25,051 bases of DNA from positions 1 to 25,051 of the forward strand of contig CAZSKP010000057.1 in assembly GCA_964607485.1 (NCBI GenBank). The letters run 5' to 3'. Positions 24,429-25,051 of the stretch are shown in pieces. Origin of the DNA: an uncultured bacterium. GTDB lineage: Bacteria > Abyssobacteria > SURF-5. The notes under the pieces are model-generated. The model was not told where the DNA came from, did no database searches, and saw only the letters and a list, made by a program, of their open reading frames with translations. The number at the start of each line of letters is the position of its first letter. The first letter of the stretch is position 1. The position numbers were made by a program, and so were the translations under genes.

Positions 24429-25051
24429 GTGACGGAGCAGAGGGAATTCATATTCGGGCCCGTGCCTTCTCGCCGCCTGGGCCGCTCGCTGGGCGTCGAT
24501 GTGGTTTCCTTCAAGACGTGCAGCTACGATTGCATCTATTGCCAGCTTGGCCGCACCACAGACCGAACCATAACGAGGAAGGCGTACGTGTCCGTGTCCG
24601 AAGTTCTGGAAGAGTTGTTGCGAAAATTGGCTGATGGTATTCAGCCGGACTATATTACTCTTTCCGGTTCCGGAGAGCCGACGCTGCACTCCGACATTGG
24701 CCGGCTGATAAGGTCGATCAAGAAGCATACCCGCGTTCCGGTTGCGGTACTCACCAACGGTTCTCTTCTCTGGGACGAACAAGTGCGGGACGCCGTGTCG
24801 GGAGCCGACCTGGTGGTTCCTTCGCTCGATGCGGGAAGCCCGGACCTCTTCAGTCGGATAAATCGGCCGCATCCCGCATTGGAATTCGAGAAGGTGATAG
24901 AGGGACTCATAACGTTTCGCGACGTATTCGCCGGAAAGCTATGGCTTGAGGTGTTCTTGCTCGACGGCATGAATACGGCGTCCGGAGAAATCGATAAGAT
25001 CAGGAAGTATGCCGACGCCATACGCCCGGACAGAGTCCAACTGAACACAGC
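24429..25051 (+). CDS. Radical SAM protein (partial, runs off the window end)
   Basis: GTG start behind GAGG. Reads MTEQREFIFGPVPSRRLGRSLGVDVVSFKTCSYDCIYCQLGRT...DYITLSGSGEPTLH...VAVLTNGSLL...PSLDAG with a CxxxCxxC motif. No stop before the window end, so the ORF track misses it. Confidence 0.9.
   Translation, partial: MTEQREFIFGPVPSRRLGRSLGVDVVSFKTCSYDCIYCQLGRTTDRTITRKAYVSVSEVLEELLRKLADGIQPDYITLSGSGEPTLHSDIGRLIRSIKKHTRVPVAVLTNGSLLWDEQVRDAVSGADLVVPSLDAGSPDLFSRINRPHPALEFEKVIEGLITFRDVFAGKLWLEVFLLDGMNTASGEIDKIRKYADAIRPDRVQLNT

Noticed and set aside
1-25051. CRISPR array, rRNA, intact IS/integrase, prophage or anti-phage defence genes
   Set aside because: I saw no regularly spaced repeats or hallmark motifs, and nearly all of the sequence is explained by the listed genes.

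Overview
This is a GC-rich bacterial window, probably from an anaerobe, with two functional blocks. Block 1 (about 1-12.4 kb) is an acyl-CoA/organic-acid catabolic region. It holds an atypical enolase-superfamily enzyme, a YtcJ-like amidohydrolase, three acyl-CoA ligases, an XRE-cupin regulator, a crotonase and a nitronate-monooxygenase/FabK-like flavoprotein. It also carries signs of decay: a truncated B12-dependent acyl-CoA mutase large subunit next to an intact cobalamin-binding small subunit, a degenerate IS transposase tail and a tRNA-like 3' fragment. Block 2 (14.2-25 kb) follows an MFS transporter and is an 'orange protein' (ORP)-type metal-cluster locus. A PAS/sigma54 activator with a C-x8-C-x3-C motif is divergent from an operon of three NifB/NifX-family proteins, two Gly/Arg-rich DUF5320-like proteins, two ferredoxin-containing MinD-like ATPases, an Mrp/NBP35 Fe-S carrier and a radical SAM gene cut by the window end. 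The most unusual element is a three-gene SPFH module inserted between the two ATPase genes and linked to them by 4-nt start/stop overlaps. It consists of a cation-diffusion-facilitator membrane domain fused to HflK, then HflC, then a second HflK, and suggests a metal-transporter-bearing HflKC-type membrane cage tied to metal-cofactor assembly. All family calls come from motif recognition by eye; no database search was run.
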